Assembly (NCBI RefSeq): GCF_001194135.2 | Contig: NC_068990.1 | Location: 59,235,386 to 59,299,385, forward strand | Origin: Octopus bimaculoides | Taxonomy: Eukaryota | Direction of reading: 5' to 3' | Length of the DNA stretch: 64,000 nt | Part shown: in pieces, positions 53,232-64,000 of the stretch | How the letters are laid out: each line of letters begins with the position of its first letter | Position numbering within the stretch: the first letter of the stretch is position 1 | Notes under the pieces: generated by a model | Told to the model about the DNA's origin: nothing | Databases searched by the model: none | What the model saw: the letters and a program-made list of their open reading frames with translations, nothing else | Made by a program: the position numbers and the translations under genes

Positions 53232-54224
53232 CTGTAAATGAGAATCAGAAATGTAACACATCACAAAAAGTAAAGGAAAGAAATAATACCATTCTCTTTC
53301 AGTCATTACCAAACATCTATGACCATATGTGAGCAGAGGCATAAACATCAAATTAATCTTTTAGCATTTAAACCGGCCATATCCAGCCTAAATATTCTGT
53401 TTTATGTTTAAACTGGCCAGATCCAGCCTCTTACACCTACCCTATAATATCTTCTAAAAAAAAAACTATTACAACTGGACATCCTCTTCACAAAGAACTT
53501 AAACCACAAATACCCACCCACTGAAACCTTCTCAAGTCATACAAACTCACAGGGGCTGATTTCCTGATTTTCATGGCATGTATATTCCCCACTTGGACAG
53601 GACACCGGTCTGTCGCAAGATTACTCATTTTCGCCAGCTGAGTGGACTGGAGCAACAGGAAATGAAGTGTTTTGCTCAAGAATACAATGTGTCACCTGGT
53701 CCAGGAACCAAAACCACAATCTTATGATCATGAATCCAACACTCTAACCACTAAGCCACATGCCTTCACTGATACACATAGACATGATTGGTATAAAGAG
53801 CATGGTTAGAATGCTTTTTTGCCATGTAAAGCATGAAACTATATATATATATGTATATCACTTGACCAACCAGACTATCAGATGTTGTTATACCTTGCTG
53901 GTCACAATGCATTTACTTGCATGTTTTAGCATTTCAATGATGTCAATTGAAACCACCTTCAGCTAACAGTCATGTAGTAAATCTATCACTGATAAATAAT
54001 TGATGACATGAAGACACAGACATTAGGTAGACATAAGTTTCTCTTTTCTAATGTCCTATATCTCTTTTTCAACTACTTTTTCCCACCCCTATATAATGTG
54101 GGGTAGCCACATTATATAGGAATGGGAAGACACCTGTGGGTATTCCTCTACCATACTTTAACCTTTTAATATCTGACAAAAAGCCACCTCTCTGTTTTAA
54201 ACACTCCTCCCCACCACTGGGGAG

Positions 54225-54545
54225 GCACATGGCTCAGTGGTTAGAGCATTGGGCCCACAGTCATGAGGTAGTGAGATTGATGCCTGGACTGGGCCATGTG
54301 TTGTGTTCTTGAGCAAGGCACTTTATTTTATGTTGTTTCAGTTCACTCAGCTGTAGAAATGAGTTGCAATGTCACTGGTGCCAAGTTGTATCAGCCTTTG
54401 CCTTTCTCTTGAGTAACATTGGTAGCATGGAGAGAGGAGGCTGGTATGTATGGGCAACTGCTGGTCTTCCATAAACAACCTTGCCGAGATTTGTGCCTTG
54501 GAGGGTAACATTCTAGGTGCAATCCCAAAGCATTCATGACTGAAT
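54225..54545 (+). mobile_element. tRNA-derived SINE family D (also 44931-45260 minus, 53500-53765 minus, 17505-17725)
   Basis: TGGCTCAGTGGTTAGAGC A box and TTGTGTTCTTGAGCAAGGCACTT core; the body is shared with the reverse copy at 44931. Confidence 0.75.
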
Positions 54546-55009
54546 GGGGTCTTTACCTCCTTTACTCCACCACTAATTTGTGGGAGCTTTTTTCCTTTTC
54601 CCCTGTTCTTTTTCTGCCTTGCAAGTTACTTGGCAACCTCTCTAGTGCTGGTGGTGTGGGAAAAAGCACCCAGTACACACTGTTATGTGGTGGTTGACAT
54701 TAAGAGGGGGCTGTCAAACTGTTTAACCCATGCCAGCATAGAAAATGGAAATTAAATGATGATGATGATCAAGTGAAGATGACCAATTGAATAAAGTGGA
54801 AGACAACCAAACAATAACAATTGGTGGTTCATAACATCAAATTTATGAATATTTCATTAAGATCTGGTAAAGAGCTCAATTCCCATGGTTATATACTAAA
54901 CTGATATTTTGTCTCACTGATATCACTTCTCTGCAAAGTGCACCCTGGTTTTTGGCATGATCTCCAATCCTGAGACATGAAATGGAAGAAGTCTGGTTTT
55001 AATACTTAC

Positions 55010-55124
55010 ATTTACTGCCACGTCAACTACCCATGGTGGGATAGTTTCGTTTAGTAATAGCTGCTCTGTTTCTCCGCTAGCATCACGGCAAAGTAAACGA
55101 AACATGGTCCTTCCCCCTGCCTCA
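55010..55124 (-). CDS. WDR48: WDR48 exon
   Basis: atgtag|T...AAT|gtaagt. [38 protein letters not shown]. Confidence 0.96.
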
Positions 55125-55203
55125 CTACATTAAAACAACAAGGTGTAGAAAATAAATATTAACACAATAATAATTCATCACTGATAAAGGTAATTCTTAA
55201 AAT

Positions 55204-55338
55204 TCTTCTGCATCAAGCAGACTGGCGTTTCCCCACTATCTGCAATAGCGTCATCCCTTCTTAACTCTGATCACTAATCTGACCCTCTTCCTCTAAACCT
55301 TAATATAGCCTCATTGCCAAGATCTTCAAGAGGGGCCA
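55204..55338 (-). ncRNA. candidate intronic H/ACA-like RNA in a WDR48 intron
   Basis: Hairpin UGGCCCCUCUU...AAGAGGGUC followed by AGAUUA (ANANNA), a second hairpin, then AGA instead of ACA; 135 nt, same strand as the host gene. Confidence 0.3.
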
Positions 55339-56188
55339 AATAAAATGTGGTGTGGTACTGCATGTAAAGGAGTTGTTTGATCCTAGTTTCATGTAAAAAA
55401 CACTGGTGCTGGTAGCGTTGGTGCCACATGAAACGCACTGGTGCTGGTGCCATGTAAAAAGCACTCAGTACACTGTAAAGTGACTGGCATTAGAAAGGGC
55501 ACACAGCTACAGAAATCAAGCCAAAACAAATAACCTGGTAAGGCTCCTGGCTTTTCCAGCTTCTTTCAAACAGTTCAACCCATGCCAGCATGGAAAATGA
55601 ACATATGATGATGATGATCTAATGCTGCTAGTCTCTTTAGCCTTGTTGTGGTAGTCTCCAGTTGGAATCAACCAGTGCACAGTTTATAATTGGAAGAGAA
55701 GGATAGAAGAATCATTTCTATTACACTACCTCCAATAGTGATTACTTAATGAATATCAAAAACCCAATCAATTGATTCTACTTACATTCATTATTGCACC
55801 AATTCACTTTTCAGCAATAAAATCAATAGCTTTTATTTCCTGTATTATTTACGAAGAGAAAAGAATTCTCATCACAGTCCATTCCCTTCCCACACTTTAC
55901 AAGCATTATGCCTTTCTGATTATGTAATTATTCTCCCTCTCTAGTCATTCCCTGCTTCTATTCACAAACAATGAAAATAATCGATACACAGATAAAGGAC
56001 TAATTGATACAGTAATGTGAACTGACAAGTAACCATATATCTGGATTCCATTTTACTTTGTTTCTCTATATAAAAGTTTAAACAAAACAAAAAAAACAAA
56101 CAAAAAAAAAACGAATGTGTTACATGTAAACAAGTGCATTATCAGACAAAAATATATTACAAACAGAATGCAGTATAAAAAATACTAC

Positions 56189-56276
56189 CTAAATATAACT
56201 GGAGTATGTCCTGGTACACTAAAATATGGACCAGTTCCCCGACGCTCCACACATTCACTGCCATTCATGTCCATTT
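56189..56276 (-). CDS. WDR48: WDR48 exon
   Basis: ttccag|AA...TTTAG|gtagta. MDMNGSECVERRGTGPYFSVPGHTPVIF. Confidence 0.92.
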
Positions 56277-56639
56277 CTGGAAAGAAGAAAGAAAATGTTA
56301 TCTATTAACAGTACACAAAAATGAAATATCAATAATCAGTTTCATACCAATCATCATCATCATCACTGTTTTCATGTCCAGTTTTCCATGCTTGCATGAG
56401 TCAGATGGAATTTATTGAAGCAGATTTTTGATGGCTGCATGCCCTTCCTGTCACCAACCCTCATTTGTCACCAAGCGAGGTAATATATGTTCCCAGGGCC
56501 AGACATGTTCCCACAGAATAATGAAAATAAATGACACAGCTAGTATGACAGTGACACTTGTTTACAACTATCCTGTCAAGTGATGTCAAGACAAGGAGAC
56601 ACAAACATACCCATGCTCATATATATATATATATATATA

Positions 56640-57914
56640 TTGGGTTGCCAAGAAAGTAATTTCGGTTTTTTAGTATGAAATAAAAGTCATTCTTTTATGT
56701 ACAAAGAATGGCCGTTAATAAATTATACATTTTCTATTTTGTTCGATGACCTTTTGCCATTTTCCTGGCAACTTCATGATTCCGCACTCATAGAACTTCT
56801 GGTCCTTATTCAGCCAAAAACTAAAGCAAGTGCAATTTCAGGTCATCATCATTATTGAAAGTTTTACCATACAAAGTATTTTGCAAACTTCAAAATAAAT
56901 GGTAATCTGATGGTGCAAGGTCAGGGCTATATGGTAGATGTGACAACACTTCCCAACCAAGCTCCAATAATTTTTCACGAGTTAGCAAAGACGTGTGTGG
57001 TCTAGCGTGGTCATGATGGAATACGATTCCTTTACAATTTACCAATTCTGGCTGTTTTTCTTTGATTTCTTCCACCAGTCTTATTAGTTGTTGACAGTAA
57101 ACATCTGAATTGATCATTTGGTTCCTTGGAAGCAACTCAAAATACACACCACCTTTGTAATCCCACCAAATTGACAGCATGACCTTTTTTTGATGCAATC
57201 CAGCTTTCAATGTGGTTTGTACTGGTTCATTATGCTTGGATCATGATCATTTTCGATTGATGCTATTGTAGACAATCCATTTTTCATGACCAGTGATGAT
57301 TCGTTTAAAAAGAAAGATCAATTTCATTGCATTTGAGATGCATACTGCAAATATTGATTCACTGTGTTAAGTGAATCTCTTTCAATTTATGTGGAACCCA
57401 AATAGCAAGCTTCTTAACGAGCCCAAGACAGTTTAAGTGATTTTCAATTGTTGTGTGTGATATATTTAACCTCTCTGCAATCTCTCACACAGTTATATGA
57501 CAATCAGATTCAATTATGGTTTTGATTTGGTCATCATCAACTTCAGTTGGTCATCTTTGAGTGGAAAATCTCCAGAAAGGAATTTTTAAAACCATTTCTG
57601 ATGTATGTTCTTTTAAGCAATCAACACCATAAACTTCACATATCTCTTTGTGAGCCTCAGCAGCTTTCTTGCTGCCTTTACAGAAATAAAAAAGCAAAAT
57701 ATGGTGAAAATGTTCATTTTTTGCACTCCATGTTAAAATTGACACTGAACTAACAGCTGTAAACAAAATTACGTGCAATTTGCTTCTAAAGTAAGCTAAA
57801 AGTAATAACTATCAAATGTCAAAACGAAAAAAATCATAGCACTGACAAAAGTCATTCAAAAAAATTGTAACTCTATCTATTTGTGAAAAGCAAAATTACT
57901 TTCTTGCCAACCTG
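56640..57914 (-). mobile_element. near full-length degenerate mariner (DD34D)
   Basis: TIRs TTGGGTTGCCAAGAAAGTAATT / AATTACTTTCTTGCCAACCTGA about 1.27 kb apart. KVMLSIWWD...FHHDHARPH...YSPDLAPSDYHLF. Confidence 0.92.
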
Positions 57915-57923
57915 AGATCATAG

Positions 57924-57969
<46 letters not shown>

Positions 57970-59419
57970 TGTGTGTGTGTGTTTGTGTATATATATATAT
58001 ATATATATATATACATACACACACAAAGTAGAAAACACTTAGTAGTGCTCAAATGATTTAGACTTACACGTCTAAATGTTTATTGAGGACTGAATCCATA
58101 GGGTAAAGAGTGTCTATCAGAGGAATCCAAGGGAACACCCCCCTCTCTATATATAGATGCACACACACACATGATGCTTGCCAAAGTACCACGCAACTGG
58201 ACTGATCCCAGAACCATGTGGTTGGGAAATAAACTTCTTGAACATATAGCTATGCCTGTGCCAACTATACAATGATTTATCTTTAATCTAGGTTACAGAT
58301 TTTCATGTGATATTCATAAATGTAGAGCAACTAATTGCTCACTTTAAAGAAATAGTGAAATGCTTTCAATACAATCCTAATGTTACCAAACCAAACCGGA
58401 AATGGTTAAACTGGCAGTATGTTATCAGAGAATGAAGCCCCAATCACTATATTGCCATTGATATATCTTTTGAAACATTCATCAGTTTTGTCATGTCTGA
58501 GTGACGTGGTCTGATTGCATAAAATACTGACAATTATCGTTATGTAGCAGAAGGGATTCATAAAACAGATGCTTAACTCTAAATTCTGTCATCAACCTGG
58601 CTATCATTACTGACAGTGTACTTGAGTCAAAATATCATACTTCATCATCATTTAACATCTGTTTTCCATGCTGGCATGGGTTGGACAGCTTGACGAGTGC
58701 TGGTAAAGTCAGGTGCTGCATCAGGCTCCAATGTCTGTTTTGGCATGGTTTCTAATGCCAACCACTTTACAGAATGTACTGGGTGCTTTCTACATGGCAT
58801 TAGCACTAGAAAAGCTAAAGAGTGACTTGTCTTTTCAAGGATTTCTTAGAGTTCAATAATAAACTTAAGTTCTGATATTACAATGTTAAAATGGAAAAGA
58901 CTAGAGACGTTTCTTTATCCATTCCATATTCTGTTATAGCCTTGGGGACCAACAGATATTTTGTGAATGGGATTGGTAGATGGAAAATGTATGAAAACCT
59001 CTGTGTGTGTGTGTGTGTGTGAGAGAGTGTGTAAGTGCATGTTGATTTCACATTACACCATCTGAGCAAAATCGTAATACCATGTTTACACTCCCTGCAG
59101 ACAACACATTATGTCACTCTGTGCTTTCAAAGACCAGTAGGATAAAGTAATATATGTTACTTGGAAACAATGTAAGGGTTGGCATCAGGAAGGACATCCA
59201 TCCATAAAATACTGCCTCATATAGACATCAGTCTAACATGGGAACAGACTCAAAATGAATTAAAATAGCATTTTATTAACAGCTTAAATTTTAAAAAGGT
59301 CTTAAAAAAATACTCTTAAAACTTCTGACCAAAAGCTGAAACACTCAGAACTAACATTAATATAAGACCTTGGTTGCAAATTTAACATGGCTATCATACA
59401 ACATGTGCTATGTAAACAA

Positions 59420-59745
59420 AATTGACTGCAGGTATATAGAATTCAAAAGGTCCAGTCCTTGTGGTGTTGTGGCGTGTATGTTTCAATGAACCTGAGAACT
59501 ATGCAAGTGAAATGCAAGCTCCAGGTAGGGCTTCTCATGCTGGACAGGTCAAAGAATAGGGACCAGAAGTGAAAACAGGCTTGCACACCCCTACTTAGAA
59601 AAAAAAAAGCAAAATTACAGCAGTGGTGACAATTCAAAACCAACAAGAAGTAGGAGAGGAAGCAGAAAAGATAGCCTGGAGTCAAGAGCAATGGAGAAAA
59701 GTCCTTGATGGCCTGTGCGCCATAGAGAGTGATGTGCTTAAATGA
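59420..59745 (+). mobile_element. RTE-type LINE 3' remnant
   Basis: Degenerate translation ...EKIAWSQEQWRKVLDGLCAIES resembles the RTE ORF C-terminus. Confidence 0.4.
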
Positions 59746-59777
59746 GTATGTATATAAAATATAAAATGAAATAATTC

Positions 59778-60075
59778 CAACGACTCTGCATCCTGCTAGA
59801 TGACATTGAGCTTCTAAAGATCTTCCCCAATCATGTTCAGCAATCCAGTGCAGAGCTGCTGCGTCAAATGAGAGTAAAGCCCTGGTAGGATGATCTAATG
59901 GGAAATGGAGGACATATCCATACAAGCAGGTGAGATGGATGTCTATGAGGTGAAAGGCTGTGGGCTGATATGCACATGCACACACAGTTCTTTGCTGGAA
60001 ATGTGATGGTACCATCTGACGTTCTTGATGGTTCTGAAGGGCTCTGCTATCAAAACTGTGAATCCTTTTTTGACA
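59778..60075 (+). mobile_element. Gypsy-type gag remnant
   Basis: QRLCILLDDIEL...SSAELLRQMR and downstream WYHLTF resemble invertebrate Gypsy gag (QRLQQLL..EEL...PSQLLRRM; CWYH..FG). Confidence 0.4.
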
Positions 60076-60232
60076 GGGTCTTCAAGAGGGGCCACAATTC
60101 TGTTCCACAGAGCACTAGTTGACCTGGTCGGTGCTACATATGGTGACATCTCTGGGACCACTAACCTGGGATGACCCCAGCCCCCATCAAGCAAGAGTAT
60201 GAAGCAAGCAAGTAAGTATTCCAATGACTTAC

Positions 60233-60304
60233 CTTGACCATCATCAAAATGAGTTCGAGGCCAATATTCCAATAGAGCTTGCAATAGAATTACACCAATA
60301 TTTA
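60233..60304 (-). CDS. WDR48: WDR48/UAF1 internal exon (first found in window)
   Basis: cttcag|TA...CAAG|gtaagt. VNIGVILLQALLEYWPRTHFDDGQ matches WDR48 LLQALLEYWPRTH. Confidence 0.93.
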
Positions 60305-60749
60305 CTGAAGAAATAAAGAAAGTAAAAACATAATAATGACGTAGAATAATAATTTCTTAATATAAAATAAGAAAAAAAATCAATAAAAACCAGCTCAAAA
60401 TAAAGAAACAAAGAAGGTAGTTAGCATAACTAGGAAATAATTATATGTAAATAGAGCTGTGAGGAATAAAGAAAAGAAACATTTAGTAAAAAGAGGATGT
60501 AAAAAAAAAACAACGCATGTCTGCACTGCTTAAGAAGTACGCTTTGCTACCATGTGGTTTCAGGTTCAGTCCCACTGTGCAGCACCTTGAGCAGGTATCT
60601 TTTACTATAGCCTTAGGTCGACCAATGACCAATGCCTTATGAGTGAATGTGGCAGATGGAAACTGTGTAGATGCTGATTGTGTGTGTGTATGTGTGTGTG
60701 TGTGTGTGTATACATACATGCATGTATGCATATCTATTTCTCTCTCTCT

Positions 60750-60870
<121 letters not shown>

Positions 60871-63800
60871 ATGTGTGTACCTGTGTTTGCTCTCCACCAC
60901 CAACACTTGACAACCAGCAATGGTTTATTTACATCCCCTAAGTTAGCAGTTCAGTCCCTCATGTGTGTGTATGTGTAAGCCCCTTGTAGATATACTTAGA
61001 CAAGTGTCTTCTACTACAGTATTAAGCTGACCAATACCAAGTGAGTGAATTTCATAGATGGAAACTGTGTAGATGCCAATCATATATATATTTAGATAAC
61101 TTAGGAGTTAGTTATAGGTTTACTTATTGAATTTATTTACCGATACTGTTGTACATATAGGAAATGTGTTTTTTTGTTGTAGTTTAATTAATAATGTTAG
61201 CGTTTAATCCTTCCTAAAATTAAGATTGAATGAATGTGGTGATATCTAAAGTATGTTTGTTCCCAAACAACACTTATTTTAGTGACGTTGACACCGCCAG
61301 ATTGAAAGGTGCTGCCCAGGTGTCAAAACCATAGTGATATCCGTGGGGCAGCTGATGATGAAGGTATGTTGGATTGTTGGTATGACTGTTATTGTATGTA
61401 CGGAATAGTAGTTTTATAACACATCCATTTGATGTAATATATATACACACACACACACACATATATATATAATGATAAATAGTTTTACCGATAAAGGTTT
61501 TTTTCATACTGAACTACTTGGCAAAATTGTTAATTATTAATTCTATTATTAATTGACGATTCTCTGCCCTTATTCTTGNNNNNNNNNNNNNNNNNNNNNN
61601 NNNNNNNNNNNNNNNNNNNNNNNNNNNNNNNNNNNNNNNNNNNNNNNNNNNNNNNNNNNNNNNNNNNNNNNNNNNNNNNNNNNNNNNNNNNNNNNNNNNN
61701 NNNNNNNNNNNNNNNNNNNNNNNNATTACACGCACACATGTATGTCTTTGTTTGTCCACTTGACCACCGGTGTAGCTTTAGGTCCTTGTGACTCAACACT
61801 TCAGCAAAAGAAACTGAGAGAATAAGTACCACTCTTTAAAAACTAAGTACTAGGGTTTGATTTGTTCAACTAAAGCCCTACAAGACTGTAACCCAGCATG
61901 GTCGCAGTTCAATGACTGAAAAAAGTAAGATACAAAAAGATGAGATGTTTCTTATCTGAAAACAAACAATTGACAAATTAATCAGTTGAATGGCACAGAC
62001 AATTTATCATATATATATATTATAACAGAATATTTATTGTTCAAAGACAATGGAAGATGAAAATATTAATTAGAATGAAAAGTTTTACCAAATTATTCAT
62101 GAAATAACAGAGTTTTTAACTTTGCATAAACAGATGTAACTAAATATAGCAAGGCATTTCGTCCATTATACATACTATCAATTCTGCCAACATACTCTTC
62201 TTCATAATGAATAATGCAACCAACATATCAAAGAGCTGTAGTGAGACGCAGAAGACGAAACCCAGCAGAAAGTCACTAATAATGAAAGAACTTATTTTCT
62301 CTTTGGAGTTTGAAAATATGAGGACTGCAAACAATTTGGAGTAACTAGACATGCTTTTAAGGAATATTAACCACAAAAAAGAGGTGACTATCTCTGAACA
62401 TTACCACAGAATAGAGGAGTCACAGAACAATAAGGCTTTAAACATAAAGACAGAGACAATTATGTAGTGAAAATGGCCTGGAAAAAATTGAAAAGAAGTC
62501 ATCTGAATATCTATGTATAGGGAAGTTAATAGCTCGATACAATGGCTTATAACAAATGCTAATAAATAATAAATGGCGATGGGTTGTAACAAATATGTAT
62601 CAAATGATAGACTGAGAGAATATGAATAAGTAGGGGCATGAATAAATGAATAAGGAAAAAAAGATGAGTAGTAGGAAGAATATAAAATGTAAACTGATAT
62701 TTGGAAGTGAGAAGCACAATAAAACTATAATCTTTCAGCACATTTAATCCCATGGTCTGGCTAGACTATTTCATTTGTTTCTTAAATAGAGGAAATGAAA
62801 AAATATTTTAACACTATATTTCTGTCACCTAAGTACACACTAAGTAACATGTTCATCCAAAATTATCACATAAATATAACAGATAGAAACATTAAATGGA
62901 ATATTGGGCTGATCAAGTCTGTTTGGTTTCTGGCGGCACTAAACCTCAAGGACTCTAATACATAGCTAACCTCAGTCTGTCCCTTGCGCATAAGCACTCT
63001 TTAGTTACTTGATGTGAACTTGTAATGAGACTGGTTGTATTTGGTATGCTTAGGATCATCCTGAGAATGGAAAACTCTGGTTCTATGATATAAACTTACC
63101 GTTTAAAGTAATTTAAAACCTTTCCTCAACATTCCATGTTAATTTATGTTCCAAACTCCAGCTTAATTGAGACATGGTTATTTTGATAATTTTCTCATTA
63201 TTTTCATAATTTAGTGAAACAAAGACCATATGTTATCAACAGGAATATGGCAATGAAATGGTTAAGCAAGTCATGAAAGTCACAAACGAATCTGATAAGT
63301 CTAAATTGAGAGATCCCAGACTTTCAGTATTCCTACACATAATAAAAATGAAAAACAGTGATGTAGCACTTGAGTTTAGCTAAAAGACAGTATGGATGTG
63401 AGAATAGCCACAGCAAAGGTTGAATATTTGGTAATTAAAAAAAAATAGCGCTCAAAGTGGCCAAAAATGTAATGTTATAGCAACAGCAACAATCATGATA
63501 TAACAACATAGTAAACAATGAAAAAATTGAAAATATATATGATATTGTAAATGGTTCACATGATATACTCACTAAAACGTTATCGAGTGGTGAATAAGTT
63601 AGCTGAAAGCAAATATGACATGCAAAGTATATATTTGATTATCTCAGACGTAAATCTAAATGATAATCGATTCAGCAAAAAATCTGAAGAAGGTAACTTT
63701 GAATCATGATAGTGCCACTTTATTTTCAATCTGGCAAAACCCCATGCTAACAAACTGAGATCAATTTTAAAACAAATGGTGATGATTAAAGATATCATAA

Positions 63801-64000
63801 TGTACCAAACACACACACACACACATTGTGCTCCAATCAGAAATAAACAATCTCCCAACAGAATATAAGCATTTATCAGCCCAAGCTTAACAATGGAACA
63901 TTAGACCAATTGGGGAATGGCAAATGATGTTTAAAATAAACAAGGCAACAAATTTCGGATGAGGAAACATGCGGAAAACATGAGAACAAGTTAAATAAAA

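Noticed and set aside
61288-61352. Pseudoknot as an HDV-like ribozyme or telomerase RNA
   Set aside because: There is no P3/L3 between the stems as HDV requires, and no CTAACCCT-type template nearby.
61300-61410. CTGATGA at 61352 with an upstream GAAA as a possible hammerhead
   Set aside because: No consistent stem I/II/III or NUH site could be built around it.
62140-63858. Minus-strand ORFs as the missing upstream WDR48 exon (expected LTITLDE...WVS)
   Set aside because: Neither translation matches WDR48 and no suitable splice sites were found; the exon probably lies outside the window or in a gap.

Overview
Eukaryotic, very AT-rich and repeat-dense DNA with many N gaps flanked by (TA)n. 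The SINE repertoire and microsatellite style look like an octopus (cephalopod) genome; this is inference. Two convergent protein-coding genes are supported by exon-by-exon splice and phase analysis. On the + strand are the last 10 coding exons (about 503 aa) of an SLCO/OATP organic anion transporter (9678-39975). On the - strand are the last 6 coding exons of WDR48/UAF1 (60304-50915), one of them split by a false assembly gap. Introns hold several tRNA-derived SINE families, mariner/Tc1, piggyBac and hAT elements and MITEs, RTE and Gypsy remnants, and a Penelope-like (Naiad-type) GIY-YIG endonuclease remnant. The most interesting signal is a two-copy chimeric element (9199-9474 minus, 27058-27339 plus): a Pol III tRNA head, an internal (AAT)n, then a module with a minimal type-I hammerhead ribozyme of the Penelope pLTR kind. 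It is a candidate ribozyme-bearing SINE mobilised by Penelope-like elements. Other leads are a possible Sec (UGA) codon in the Naiad-type remnant, a candidate nested antisense gene at the left edge, a candidate intronic H/ACA RNA and a pseudoknot in WDR48 introns, and a near-perfect 31-bp-arm palindrome just upstream of an SLCO exon.
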